From an uncultured delta proteobacterium (GTDB lineage Bacteria; Desulfobacterota; Zymogenia; Zymogenales; Zymogenaceae), in NCBI GenBank assembly GCA_963735595.1, contig CAVTLK010000002.1, positions 32,001-96,000 on the forward strand: a stretch of 64,000 nucleotides of DNA. The letters are read 5' to 3'. The translations under genes were made by a program, and so were the position numbers. Of the stretch, positions 33,470 through 43,396 are shown piece by piece. Below the pieces are notes generated by a model, which saw only the letters and a list, made by a program, of their open reading frames with translations, did no database searches and was not told where the DNA came from. The stretch's first letter is position 1. Each line of letters starts with the position of its first letter.

Positions 33470-33700
33470 ATGACGGCAAATACGAAAAAGATAAGCGGAA
33501 ACGGAAATGGAAACGGAAACGGGAACGGAAACGGACGCATCAAGGGGAACGGCCATAAGGGAATGGACCTCATCGCCAAGACCATGTTCAAAGAGCTGAA
33601 AAACTCGGGCTATGACCTCGGGCAGATCCTTGATTTCTCCGGGAAATTGATCTCCTTCGTCCACGAGGAGATCAACCAAGACGACAAACCAAGAGCATAA
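33470..33700 (+). CDS. Small hypothetical protein with (GN)6 repeat and helical C-terminal domain
   Basis: GAGGA RBS, 76 aa, amphipathic LIAKTMFKELKNSGY...ILDFSGKLISFV. Confidence 0.75.
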   Translation: MTANTKKISGNGNGNGNGNGNGRIKGNGHKGMDLIAKTMFKELKNSGYDLGQILDFSGKLISFVHEEINQDDKPRA

Positions 33701-33806
33701 TTATCGCGCTGAGCGTACCTGGTCCGGCGCTTAGAGCCGTCGCTCCGGCGCAGTACCTGTCACTGAATCCACCCCTAATTCCCCCCGAATACAGAGATAA
33801 ATAGTC

Positions 33807-33835
33807 TTGACGTATTCCCGTCCCTGGTATATAAA
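33807..33835 (+). promoter_or_regulatory. Sigma70-type promoter of gap-pgk-tpiA
   Basis: TTGACG-17 nt-TATAAA. Confidence 0.6.
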
Positions 33836-33876
33836 AAAACTTTCCCTGATTATTCATGCCTTGAATGGAGATACAG

Positions 33877-34884
33877 ATGACCGTACGAGTTGGTATTAAC
33901 GGATTCGGGAGGGTCGGGCGGTATGCCCTCAGGAGCATTCTTGGACGAAAGGACATGGAAATCGCCGCGATTAACAGCAGGGCGGAATCCAAGGTCCTGG
34001 CGCACCTTTTTAAGTACGATTCGATCCACGGGAAATACGATGCGCCGGTCTCGTACGAGGAAGATTCGTTCTCGGTCGGCGGGAAGAAGATCCCGATCAT
34101 CCGTGAAACCAAGGACCTGGTCTCGATTCCGTGGGGAAAATACGGCGCGGACGTCGTGTTAGAATGCACGGGCAAATTCCGCAAGAAGGACGAAATGACC
34201 GGCCATCTGGCGGGGGGGGCGAAAAAGGTCATCCTGGCGGCCCCGGGCAAGGGGGTGGACGCCACGATCGTGTTGGGCGTCAACGAAGACACCTATGACG
34301 CCGCCTCACACCACATCCTTTCAAACGCCTCGTGCACCACTAACTGTCTCGCGCCCGTTGTGAAGGTCATTAACGATACCTTCGGAATCGAGAAGGGCCT
34401 CATGACCACTATCCATTCCTACACCATGGATCAGCGGCTGCTGGACGGCTCCCACAAGGACCTGAGGCGGGGGCGCGCCGCGGCCCTGTCCATGGTCCCG
34501 ACGACAACGGGTGCGGCCGGCGCCGTTGGGCAGGTCATACCCGAACTGAAAGGGAAGCTCGACGGATTTGCCGTTCGCGTCCCCACGCCAAACGTGTCAC
34601 TGGTCGACCTGGTGGTTGACCTCAAGAAGGACGCAACACCGGAGCAGATCAACGAGGCGGTCAAGCAGCAGGCCGAGGGACGGCTCAAGGGGATTATATA
34701 CTACAGCGAGGAAGAGCTGGTATCCATCGACTTCCAGTCATCGCCCTATTCGGCCATTTTCGATGCCCCGCTGACAAACGTCATCGGCGGGCGGATGGCC
34801 AAGGTAATCGCGTGGTACGATAACGAGTCCGGCTATGCCGAGCGATTGGTCGACCTGGCCAACTACGTCGGCGTTCGTCTTTAA
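33877..34884 (+). CDS. gap: Glyceraldehyde-3-phosphate dehydrogenase, type I
   Basis: GINGFGR, SNASCTTNCL and WYDNE motifs. Confidence 0.98.
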   Translation: MTVRVGINGFGRVGRYALRSILGRKDMEIAAINSRAESKVLAHLFKYDSIHGKYDAPVSYEEDSFSVGGKKIPIIRETKDLVSIPWGKYGADVVLECTGKFRKKDEMTGHLAGGAKKVILAAPGKGVDATIVLGVNEDTYDAASHHILSNASCTTNCLAPVVKVINDTFGIEKGLMTTIHSYTMDQRLLDGSHKDLRRGRAAALSMVPTTTGAAGAVGQVIPELKGKLDGFAVRVPTPNVSLVDLVVDLKKDATPEQINEAVKQQAEGRLKGIIYYSEEELVSIDFQSSPYSAIFDAPLTNVIGGRMAKVIAWYDNESGYAERLVDLANYVGVRL

Positions 34885-34904
34885 CCAGATAAAGAGACAT
34901 ACCC

Positions 34905-36092
<1,188 letters not shown>

Positions 36093-36094
36093 CA

Positions 36095-36850
36095 ATGAGA
36101 ACGAAACTAATCGCTGCTAACTGGAAAATGAACCTGACCCTGCCGGAGGCCGAAGCGCTGGCGGGGGAGCTGGTGAAACGGATAGGGAATGTTACCGACG
36201 CCGCGATCGTCGTGGCGCCCAATTTCACCGTCCTGATCCCGGTTGGCGCCGTCCTCGCGGGGTCCTCGATCCGGCTTGCGGCGCAGAATATCCATTACGA
36301 GCGAAAGGGCGCCTTTACCGGGGAGACCTCGGCCCCGATGCTTGCGGCCGTGGGCGCGACATACGTGATCGTCGGACACTCGGAGCGCAGGACGCTCTTC
36401 GGCGAGACCGATGATATGATCAACAAAAAGCTTATCGCCGCCCTCTCGGAAGCGATTTTGCCGATCTTCTGCGTCGGGGAGACCCTGAAAGAGCGGGAAT
36501 CGGGCAAGGCCCAGACGGTCGTCCAGCAGCAGATTGCCGGGGGGCTTTCCGGCATAGACCGGGAAACGATAAGCCGGATCGTTGTTGCCTACGAGCCGGT
36601 CTGGGCTATCGGCACCGGCGTAACCGCGAGTCCCGAGCAGGCTCAGGAAATGCACGGATTTATCCGGCGTATTCTAGAAACAAAATACGACAAAACTGTT
36701 GCAAATTCACTTAAAATACTATATGGTGGTAGTGTTACCCCGGACAATGTCGACACCCTGATGGCGATGCCCGATATAGACGGGGCGCTGGTGGGCGGTG
36801 CGAGCCTCAAGGCCGATTCGTTTGAGCGGATCGTCAGGTTCGCGCGCTAA
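36095..36850 (+). CDS. tpiA: Triosephosphate isomerase
   Basis: NWKMN, GHSERR, AYEPVWAIGTG, YGGSV and VGGASL motifs. Confidence 0.98.
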   Translation: MRTKLIAANWKMNLTLPEAEALAGELVKRIGNVTDAAIVVAPNFTVLIPVGAVLAGSSIRLAAQNIHYERKGAFTGETSAPMLAAVGATYVIVGHSERRTLFGETDDMINKKLIAALSEAILPIFCVGETLKERESGKAQTVVQQQIAGGLSGIDRETISRIVVAYEPVWAIGTGVTASPEQAQEMHGFIRRILETKYDKTVANSLKILYGGSVTPDNVDTLMAMPDIDGALVGGASLKADSFERIVRFAR

Positions 36851-36997
36851 TTCGAGGTAATACGAAAGGGGAAAGGGGCGGACGGCGTTTCTCCGACACA
36901 TGAGCGGCGGGGTGCGGGGTGTCTACTCCGGCACAAAATGCAGGAAAGGGAGTAATCGACCGCCCGATACCACATAACGGGTAAAAGGAAGGGTTTT

Positions 36998-37330
36998 ATG
37001 ACAGCGGCAATCATTACGGTCCACATCATTGTCTGTTTTGCGCTGATTCTTATCGTGCTTCTACAGACCGGCAAGGGCCAGGACATGGGGGCGGCGTTCG
37101 GCGGGGCGAGCCAGACGCTGTTCGGGAGCGCCGGACCGGCGACCTTTTTAAACAAGCTGACGACCGTGGCGGCTATAGTATTTATGCTCACGAGTCTGGC
37201 GCTTGCCTACTTCACGACGTCGGTCGGCTCTTCGTCATTGATGGAGAACCTCAAGGGAAAGCCCGGGGTCGAAGAAGAGCTTCCGGACGTCCCGGCAATC
37301 CCGGAGCTTCCGTCGGACATCGGCGAATAA
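36998..37330 (+). CDS. secG: Preprotein translocase subunit SecG
   Basis: VLLQTGKG.DMGAAFGG...FL.KLT, two TM helices, follows tpiA. Confidence 0.96.
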   Translation: MTAAIITVHIIVCFALILIVLLQTGKGQDMGAAFGGASQTLFGSAGPATFLNKLTTVAAIVFMLTSLALAYFTTSVGSSSLMENLKGKPGVEEELPDVPAIPELPSDIGE

Positions 37331-37381
37331 ATCTCCTTGACAGACAAGACGCTATTGTATACTATTGCGTTTCCTGAAATA

Positions 37382-37468
37382 GCCGAAGTGGTGGAACTGG
37401 TAGACACGCCATCTTGAGGGGGTGGTGGGTTAACGCCTGTGCGGGTTCGAGTCCCGCCTTCGGCACCA
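37382..37468 (+). tRNA. tRNA-Leu (GAG)
   Basis: GCCGAAG...CTTCGGC-A-CCA, anticodon arm CCATC-TT-GAG-GG-GGTGG, long variable arm. Confidence 0.97.
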
Positions 37469-37474
37469 TACGAG

Positions 37475-37505
37475 AAAAAAAGGCCGCCCTGGGCGGCCTT
37501 TTTTT
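37475..37505. terminator. Bidirectional intrinsic terminator after tRNA-Leu
   Basis: A-run, GGCCGCC-CTG-GGCGGCC, T-run. Confidence 0.88.
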
Positions 37506-37638
37506 ATCCGTGATTGAGAAACGCCCGCCGATGTGCTATAGTATCTCCTAAATATCTTCATTCCCTGCCCGGCCGCCGGCCCCGTGGTGGTTGACGGCCC
37601 CGGGCGGGACTGCCGCTTGATGCAAAGGGACCCCACTC

Positions 37639-39018
37639 ATGGCACAGAGATCCTCCGTATCCATCGTAAGAACTGAACTGCCCGCGGCCGATTCTGATAT
37701 CAAGCGGATAACAGAACAGGCCGTCGATCTCGTCGGGGGAATCGGGCGGTATGTCAAGCCGGGGCAATCGGTCGTCATCAAGCCCAACCTCTTTGCCCCC
37801 TACCCCCCGCCGGTCTCGGTGGACCGCCGGGTGATCGCCGCGGTCGTCTCGCTCTGCAGAGCCGCCGGTGCGGGCAAGGTCACGGTCGTGGAGGGGGTGA
37901 GCGTCGGCAGCCTCATGAAACGGGTCAATATCGAAAAGAGCGGCCCGTCGAAAGCGATGACCCGGGGGATGAAAACGATCGACGTCATGAAGCTGTTGGG
38001 TATAAAACGCGCGGTCGAGGAGGCCGGGGGCGAGGTCCTGGGTGTGGAAGACGGCCCGCGGGTCAAAACGGCCGTTGACGGCGGAAAGGTCCTGACCACG
38101 ATAGACTATCCGAGGTCGGTACTTGAGGCCGACGTCTTTATAAACCTGCCCGCACTCAAGACCCATACGATGACGATGGTGACGCTGGGCATCAAGAACC
38201 TCCAGGGCCTGTTGAACGAGGCGGACCGTTACTACGGCCACCGGGACGACCTGGATCAGCACATGGTTGACATCATGAAGGTCAGGAAGCCCGACCTGAC
38301 CGTCATCGACGGGCTCATCGGCATGGAGGGAATGGGAGCGGGAGAAGGGGGCGGGCCAGTGCCCCTTGGGGTACTGATTGCCGGCGCCGACCCCGTTGCG
38401 ACCGACGCGGTCGCTTCCATGGTGATGGGCATCGAAACCCCGACGGTCGTCGGTACGACGCGGATTGCCGCCTACGACGGGCTGGGTACGGGCTTGCCCG
38501 ACCAAATCGACGTCGTAGGTCTGCCGGTCTCTGAGGTCAGGAAGAAGTTCATGCTTCCCATCAATTATACGCAGCCGGTCGATACCTTTGTGACGGGGGT
38601 CTGGCCCAACGTGGATATCTTCATCGGGGGGGCCTGCCCCACCTGCTGGCTCATGGCGGCGCTTGTCCTCCCCTCGCTCAACAAGTTTCCCGAAAGGACG
38701 GTGCTGGTCGTCGGGGTAGACCCGAAGGTTCCCGCCGGAAGGACCTGGGACGAGAGAAACACCTTTTTCCTGGGCGACTGTGCCCTCGGCTGCGCCGGCG
38801 ACGCCCGGGAGATCAGGAACCGGATCGCGCTTTCGGGGAACGATACGTTTTTATCCGGGTGCCCTCCCTACGAACAGGCGCTCAAGAAGCTCGAAGATAT
38901 CATGGTCGACCGGGGTATTATCACCCGGGAATCGCTCGTGCATAAGGCACAGGAGCACCGTGATCGGTTCTTCACCTATTACCGGACCTATGACCCCACC
39001 TGGGAGCCGGAGCTATAG
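37639..39018 (+). CDS. DUF362 domain Fe-S protein with C-terminal Cys-motif domain
   Basis: VIKPN, INLPALKTH, TLGIKNL and DPVATD motifs; C-terminal GACPTC, GDC and GCPP. Confidence 0.85.
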   Translation: MAQRSSVSIVRTELPAADSDIKRITEQAVDLVGGIGRYVKPGQSVVIKPNLFAPYPPPVSVDRRVIAAVVSLCRAAGAGKVTVVEGVSVGSLMKRVNIEKSGPSKAMTRGMKTIDVMKLLGIKRAVEEAGGEVLGVEDGPRVKTAVDGGKVLTTIDYPRSVLEADVFINLPALKTHTMTMVTLGIKNLQGLLNEADRYYGHRDDLDQHMVDIMKVRKPDLTVIDGLIGMEGMGAGEGGGPVPLGVLIAGADPVATDAVASMVMGIETPTVVGTTRIAAYDGLGTGLPDQIDVVGLPVSEVRKKFMLPINYTQPVDTFVTGVWPNVDIFIGGACPTCWLMAALVLPSLNKFPERTVLVVGVDPKVPAGRTWDERNTFFLGDCALGCAGDAREIRNRIALSGNDTFLSGCPPYEQALKKLEDIMVDRGIITRESLVHKAQEHRDRFFTYYRTYDPTWEPEL

Positions 39019-39055
39019 TGCACTTATACAATGACATTATTTTGCAGGTAACGTG

Positions 39056-40609
39056 ATGGAAAAAGAATTCGTTATGGCGGTGGACAGCGGCACGCAGAGC
39101 GTACGGGCCATCGTATACGATCGGCAGGGCAAAGAACTTGCCGTGGCCCGGGCGCCGCACGATCCCTACTTTTCCCTTAAACCGGGATGGGCGGAGCAAA
39201 AACCGGACGACTACTGGAAGAAATTCTGCAAGGTCGTCGGGGAAGTGATGGCAAGCAAGAAGTTCGATCCAAAGAAGCTTGCCGCGCTCGGGATTACCGC
39301 CCAGCGGTCGGCGGTCATCCCGACGGATAAAAACGGAAACGCCCTGAGGAACAGCATCATCTGGCTCGACCAGCGGTACACGGAAAACCCGCCGCCCGCG
39401 AGCCTGGGTGTCAAGGTGCTGTTCGGGCTGGCCGGCAGGTCCAAACTCATAAATTTTGTCCAGAAGAATTCCCGCTTTACCTGGATCAAGACCCACGAAC
39501 CGGAGATCTATAAGAATACGTACAAGTTCTGCCAGGTCACGAGCTACTTCGTCAAGAAGCTGACCGGCGAGTTCGCCGATTCCTGCTCGCTCTACGTCGG
39601 TTATTACCCGCTGGAGCACAAGAAGTCCGACTGGTTCAAGATCAAGGGAGTCATGGATCTCTTCAGCGTAAGCGAGGATATGCTCCCGGTCATCAAGCAG
39701 CCTCACGAGGTTCTCGGGGTCGTCACCAAGAGCGCCGCAAAGGAGACCGGGCTGCCGGAAGGCCTGCCGATTATCGTCGGCGGCGGCGACAAGCAGTCCG
39801 AATCCCTCGGGGCGGGCGTCCTCACGCCGGATATCGGCGTCATCTCGTTCGGGACGGCCACCGCAATGGAGATCGTGACAAAGAAATACGTGGAGGACCG
39901 TCAGGGGCAATTCTTTACCTGGTGCTCGGCGGTGCCGTACGGATGGAACATCGAGTGTTTTGTTTACCGGGGGTTCTGGATGGTGCGGTGGTTCGCCGAC
40001 GAGATGGGCAGCCGGGAGAACATCATCGCCCGGGAGCGAGGCGTTGCCCCGGAGGTAGTCTTCGATGAGATAATCCGGGACATCCCGCCGGGGTGCCTGG
40101 GCCTGGTACTTCAGCCCTACTGGACGCCGCTGCCGTCACTCAAGTACTCCAAAGGGTCCATCATCGGTTTCGGCAGCGCCCATACCCGGGCGCATATCTA
40201 CCGGGCGATCCTCGAGGGCATGGGCTACGAGCTCAGGCGTCTGGGGGAGCTGGCCCAGAAGAAGACGGGAGTGCCTCTCAAGGAGCTCAGGGTCGGCGGC
40301 GGCGGGTCCCGGAGCGAGGAGGCGGTCCAGATTGCCGCGGATATCTTCAACCTGACCGCAAGGCGGATGGATACCTTCGAGAACTGCGCCAAGGGCGCCG
40401 CGATCGATGCCGCCGTGGGCACCGGGCTCCATAAGAACTTTGAGGAGGCGGTCGCCGCGATGACCAGGACGGGCAAGGCGTTTTACCCCAACCCCAAGAA
40501 CCGCGAGATATACGACGGCCTCTACAAGGAAGTATATTTAAAAACCTATGACGCGCTTTCCCCGCTCTATAAGAAGATGATCGAAATTACGGGGTACGAG
40601 AGCACGTAG
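39056..40609 (+). CDS. FGGY-family carbohydrate kinase
   Basis: DSGTQSVRA, GWAEQ, WLDQR, GGDK, RAILEG and GGGSRS motifs. Confidence 0.92.
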   Translation: MEKEFVMAVDSGTQSVRAIVYDRQGKELAVARAPHDPYFSLKPGWAEQKPDDYWKKFCKVVGEVMASKKFDPKKLAALGITAQRSAVIPTDKNGNALRNSIIWLDQRYTENPPPASLGVKVLFGLAGRSKLINFVQKNSRFTWIKTHEPEIYKNTYKFCQVTSYFVKKLTGEFADSCSLYVGYYPLEHKKSDWFKIKGVMDLFSVSEDMLPVIKQPHEVLGVVTKSAAKETGLPEGLPIIVGGGDKQSESLGAGVLTPDIGVISFGTATAMEIVTKKYVEDRQGQFFTWCSAVPYGWNIECFVYRGFWMVRWFADEMGSRENIIARERGVAPEVVFDEIIRDIPPGCLGLVLQPYWTPLPSLKYSKGSIIGFGSAHTRAHIYRAILEGMGYELRRLGELAQKKTGVPLKELRVGGGGSRSEEAVQIAADIFNLTARRMDTFENCAKGAAIDAAVGTGLHKNFEEAVAAMTRTGKAFYPNPKNREIYDGLYKEVYLKTYDALSPLYKKMIEITGYEST

Positions 40610-40701
40610 GCGCGGCGGCGTGGAAAAAACGCCCGCACAGAAGTCTGCGCATACCCTCCGGCGGGGGGTCATTGTCGAGCCGCCGAAGTATAGGAAGAGA
40701 G

Positions 40702-41871
40702 ATGGGTAATTTTTCCGTGGTCAAGAGCATCGCCGAGATCAACGAAAAGATCAAGTCCGGCAAAGTCGTCGTTGTTACCGCCGAGGAAATGACGGCCCTC
40801 GTGAAGAAGGAAGGCGAGGTGGCCGCCGCCCGCAGGGTGGACGTGGTTACCACCGGTACCTTTGGGCCGATGTGTTCCTCGGGGGCCTTTCTCAACTTCG
40901 GGCACACGAAGCCCCGGATCAGGGCATCAAAGATCCTCATGAACCGCGTACCGGCCTACGGCGGAATAGCGGCGGTGGACCTCTACATCGGCGTCACCGA
41001 GCCGACCATCGACGATCCGCTCAACAAGGTTTTCCCCGGCCAGTTCCCCTACGGAGGGGGGCACGTGATCCAGGACCTCGTCTCGGGCAAGAAGGTCGAT
41101 CTCGATCTCGAGTCATATGGCACCGACTGCTACCCGAACAGGGGCCTGAAAAAGGGAATGCGCCTGAAGGACTTTCCCTACGCGATGCTCACCAACCCCC
41201 GTAACGCATACCAGAACTACAACGTGGCGGTCAACACCGGCGACCGGACCCTCTATACCTATATGGGTATCCTCGGGCCGAAATTTTCCAACGCCAACTA
41301 CTGCAGCGCGGGCGAGCTTTCCCCCCTCATGAACGACCCGCTGTTCAAGACGATCGGACTGGGAACGCGGATATTCCTGGGCGGGGGGGTCGGCTATGTC
41401 GTCTGGCACGGTACGCAGCACAACCCGAAGCCCAGCCGGGGCTTCAAGGGGGTGCCCACGGTGCCGGCGGGCACGCTCTCCGTCACGGGGGACCTCAAGG
41501 GGATGAACGGGAGGAATCTCGTCGGCGTCAGCTTCATCGGATACGGGTGCTCGATGGCGGTGGGTTTGGGGATACCGATCCCGATCCTCAACGAGGAGAT
41601 GGCCTACCATACCTCGATTGCGGACGACGAAATCCAGGCGCCGGTCGTGGATTACGCGGTCGATTATCCCCAGATGACCGGCCGGGTCCTCGGCTACACT
41701 ACGTACGGGGCGTTAAAGACCGGCGCGATCACGTTTGAGGGAAAAGAGATCCAGACCGTGCCGCTGTCTTCCCGCGTCCGCGCGCAGGAGATCGCGGCCG
41801 CCCTTAAGGGGTGGATCGAGAAAGGGTCATTTGCGCTGACGGAAGCGCAGGTGTTGCTGCCGTCGAAATAG
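40702..41871 (+). CDS. DUF39 homocysteine biosynthesis protein (aspartate semialdehyde sulfurtransferase-like)
   Basis: VDVVTTGTFGPMCSSGA, YGGGHVIQDL, NPRNAYQNY, YTYMG and GELSPL.NDP motifs. Confidence 0.9.
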   Translation: MGNFSVVKSIAEINEKIKSGKVVVVTAEEMTALVKKEGEVAAARRVDVVTTGTFGPMCSSGAFLNFGHTKPRIRASKILMNRVPAYGGIAAVDLYIGVTEPTIDDPLNKVFPGQFPYGGGHVIQDLVSGKKVDLDLESYGTDCYPNRGLKKGMRLKDFPYAMLTNPRNAYQNYNVAVNTGDRTLYTYMGILGPKFSNANYCSAGELSPLMNDPLFKTIGLGTRIFLGGGVGYVVWHGTQHNPKPSRGFKGVPTVPAGTLSVTGDLKGMNGRNLVGVSFIGYGCSMAVGLGIPIPILNEEMAYHTSIADDEIQAPVVDYAVDYPQMTGRVLGYTTYGALKTGAITFEGKEIQTVPLSSRVRAQEIAAALKGWIEKGSFALTEAQVLLPSK

Positions 41872-41893
41872 GAGAGCACCTAAGTTATATGCA

Positions 41894-41977
41894 GAATTAA
41901 CGGGACGCCATACGTAATCCATTATCCCCCCCAATTGAGCTACGAAAGGGGAATTACGTATGGTGTCCCCTTAATTC
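41894..41977. repeat. Imperfect ~26-bp inverted repeat (REP/MITE-like) between convergent genes
   Basis: GAATTAACGGGACGCCATACGTAAT(CC) versus reverse complement of the right arm GAATTAAGGGGACACCATACGTAAT(TCC). Confidence 0.8.
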
Positions 41978-41989
41978 GCCCCTACAAAT

Positions 41990-42937
41990 TCACGCCATCC
42001 GGATCGTCCCGTCTACCCTCCTGATCCTCCCCTCTCCCAACAGCTTCTGTACGTGGCTTTCGGTGATGCCGGTGCCGGGGAAAAACCTGATCATCTCGTT
42101 GGCAAACATCCGCCCGACCAGGTCGACAAACGAAATCGGCCCTTCGGAGAGGACGCCGAGCATCTTTTTCTCCCGCGAAAGGAGCCGCGCCCTTACCTCG
42201 TCGATCTTCGCGGCCGGATCATTGATAACGGCGCCGTGGGAGGGCAGGATGACGCGCGGGTTGCATGCTTCGATCTTCGCGAGGCTTTCGAGATAGCCCG
42301 TAACGCCGCCCGATGCCGGCGTGTACCACGCCACGATGTCCCCCACGAGGTCGCCGCCAAACAATATCCCGGTATCACGGTCAAAGAGCGAGACGTGTCC
42401 GGGGGAATGCCCGGGTGTGTGCAGCACCTCGAAACGGTATACCCCGAGGCGGACGATATCTCCTTCTTCCAGCGACCCGTCCGGGTCGGCCCGCGACATC
42501 GATCATCCTGACCCGTCGAAAAACGAGAAGAGGTCTTTCACCGGCCCCTCCGCGCGGCCTAAAAGCCGCGTGGCAAGCTCGATGTCAAAGGTCCCGGTAA
42601 GGCCGCCGGGATCGCGGGCGTGGTCAACGTCGTCTGTATGGATGAGGACCTCCGGCGAGCACTGCCCGAGGAGCATTTCCGCGGCACCCATGTGGTCGGG
42701 GTGGGCGTGGGAAAGAACAAGCGTCTTCAGGGACGAGAGATCAAGCCCCAGTTGCGCGAGCCCCGCCTTCAGCCGGTCGAGCGCGTCTGCCCTCCCGCAC
42801 CCCACGTCGATCAGCGAAAAGGAACCGTTGTCCACGACGGCGTAGACGCAGGCCGTAGCAGGCCACATTGGTGACGGGGGCGAGATTTGGAACAGGTCGT
42901 CGGCGACTTTTTCTACGATCAGGTCTTCAGATTTCAT
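41990..42937 (-). CDS. MBL-fold metallo-hydrolase with in-frame TGA (candidate selenoprotein)
   Basis: HAHPDH in ORF 42503..42937; HTPGHSPGH, GGDL and PSHG in same-frame ORF 41990..42499; joined by GGA-TGA-TCG-ATG. Confidence 0.85.
42468..42502 (-). promoter_or_regulatory. Putative bacterial SECIS element
   Basis: CGACCC-GGAC-GGGTCG hairpin, apical loop starting with G 20 nt after the TGA. Confidence 0.65.
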
Positions 42938-42995
42938 GATACCTTCTTAAAGGTGGACGGACACCGTGCCTGGCCGGTATTGTAAATTACCTATG

Positions 42996-43349
42996 CTAAT
43001 TACCCGGCAACAGCCGCCACGCGAGAAACGCAGCGGCGAGGAGCAGTACCGCCCCCAGCCACGGGACGATCACCGTGAAGACACCGGTCCTGAGACACAG
43101 CGCCATGATCGGAAGTGCTAAGACGGCATACATAGCCAGCCAGAGCGGGAGGCTTGCACCGACGGAGTCCCGCGCGAACGAGACTGCCAACAGAAGCGCA
43201 AACCCGGAGGTTAGTGCGGCGAAGAAAGCGCGCGGCAGCGAGGTTGCCCGGATACGTCCCAGCCGTGCCCCGAAGTAGATCACGGCGGTTTCGGCCGCGA
43301 TCCACAGGAGGAAGACGGTAAGACCGATAAAGAATGCCCTTTCCTGCAT
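42996..43349 (-). CDS. Hypothetical membrane protein (about 4 TM)
   Basis: 117 aa, strongly hydrophobic, co-oriented with its neighbours. Confidence 0.7.
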   Translation of the reverse strand: MQERAFFIGLTVFLLWIAAETAVIYFGARLGRIRATSLPRAFFAALTSGFALLLAVSFARDSVGASLPLWLAMYAVLALPIMALCLRTGVFTVIVPWLGAVLLLAAAFLAWRLLPGN

Positions 43350-43396
43350 GGTAGTAGTCCTGGGGGTCGAATAGGAAAGACAGTGTCCCGTAATTC

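Noticed and set aside
37382..37640. tRNA-Leu or tRNA-Gly as an integration site of a genomic island
   Set aside because: No integrase and no duplicated tRNA 3' end seen in the window
40610..40701. SAM/SAH riboswitch upstream of the homocysteine synthesis gene
   Set aside because: Only short hairpins; no recognisable consensus
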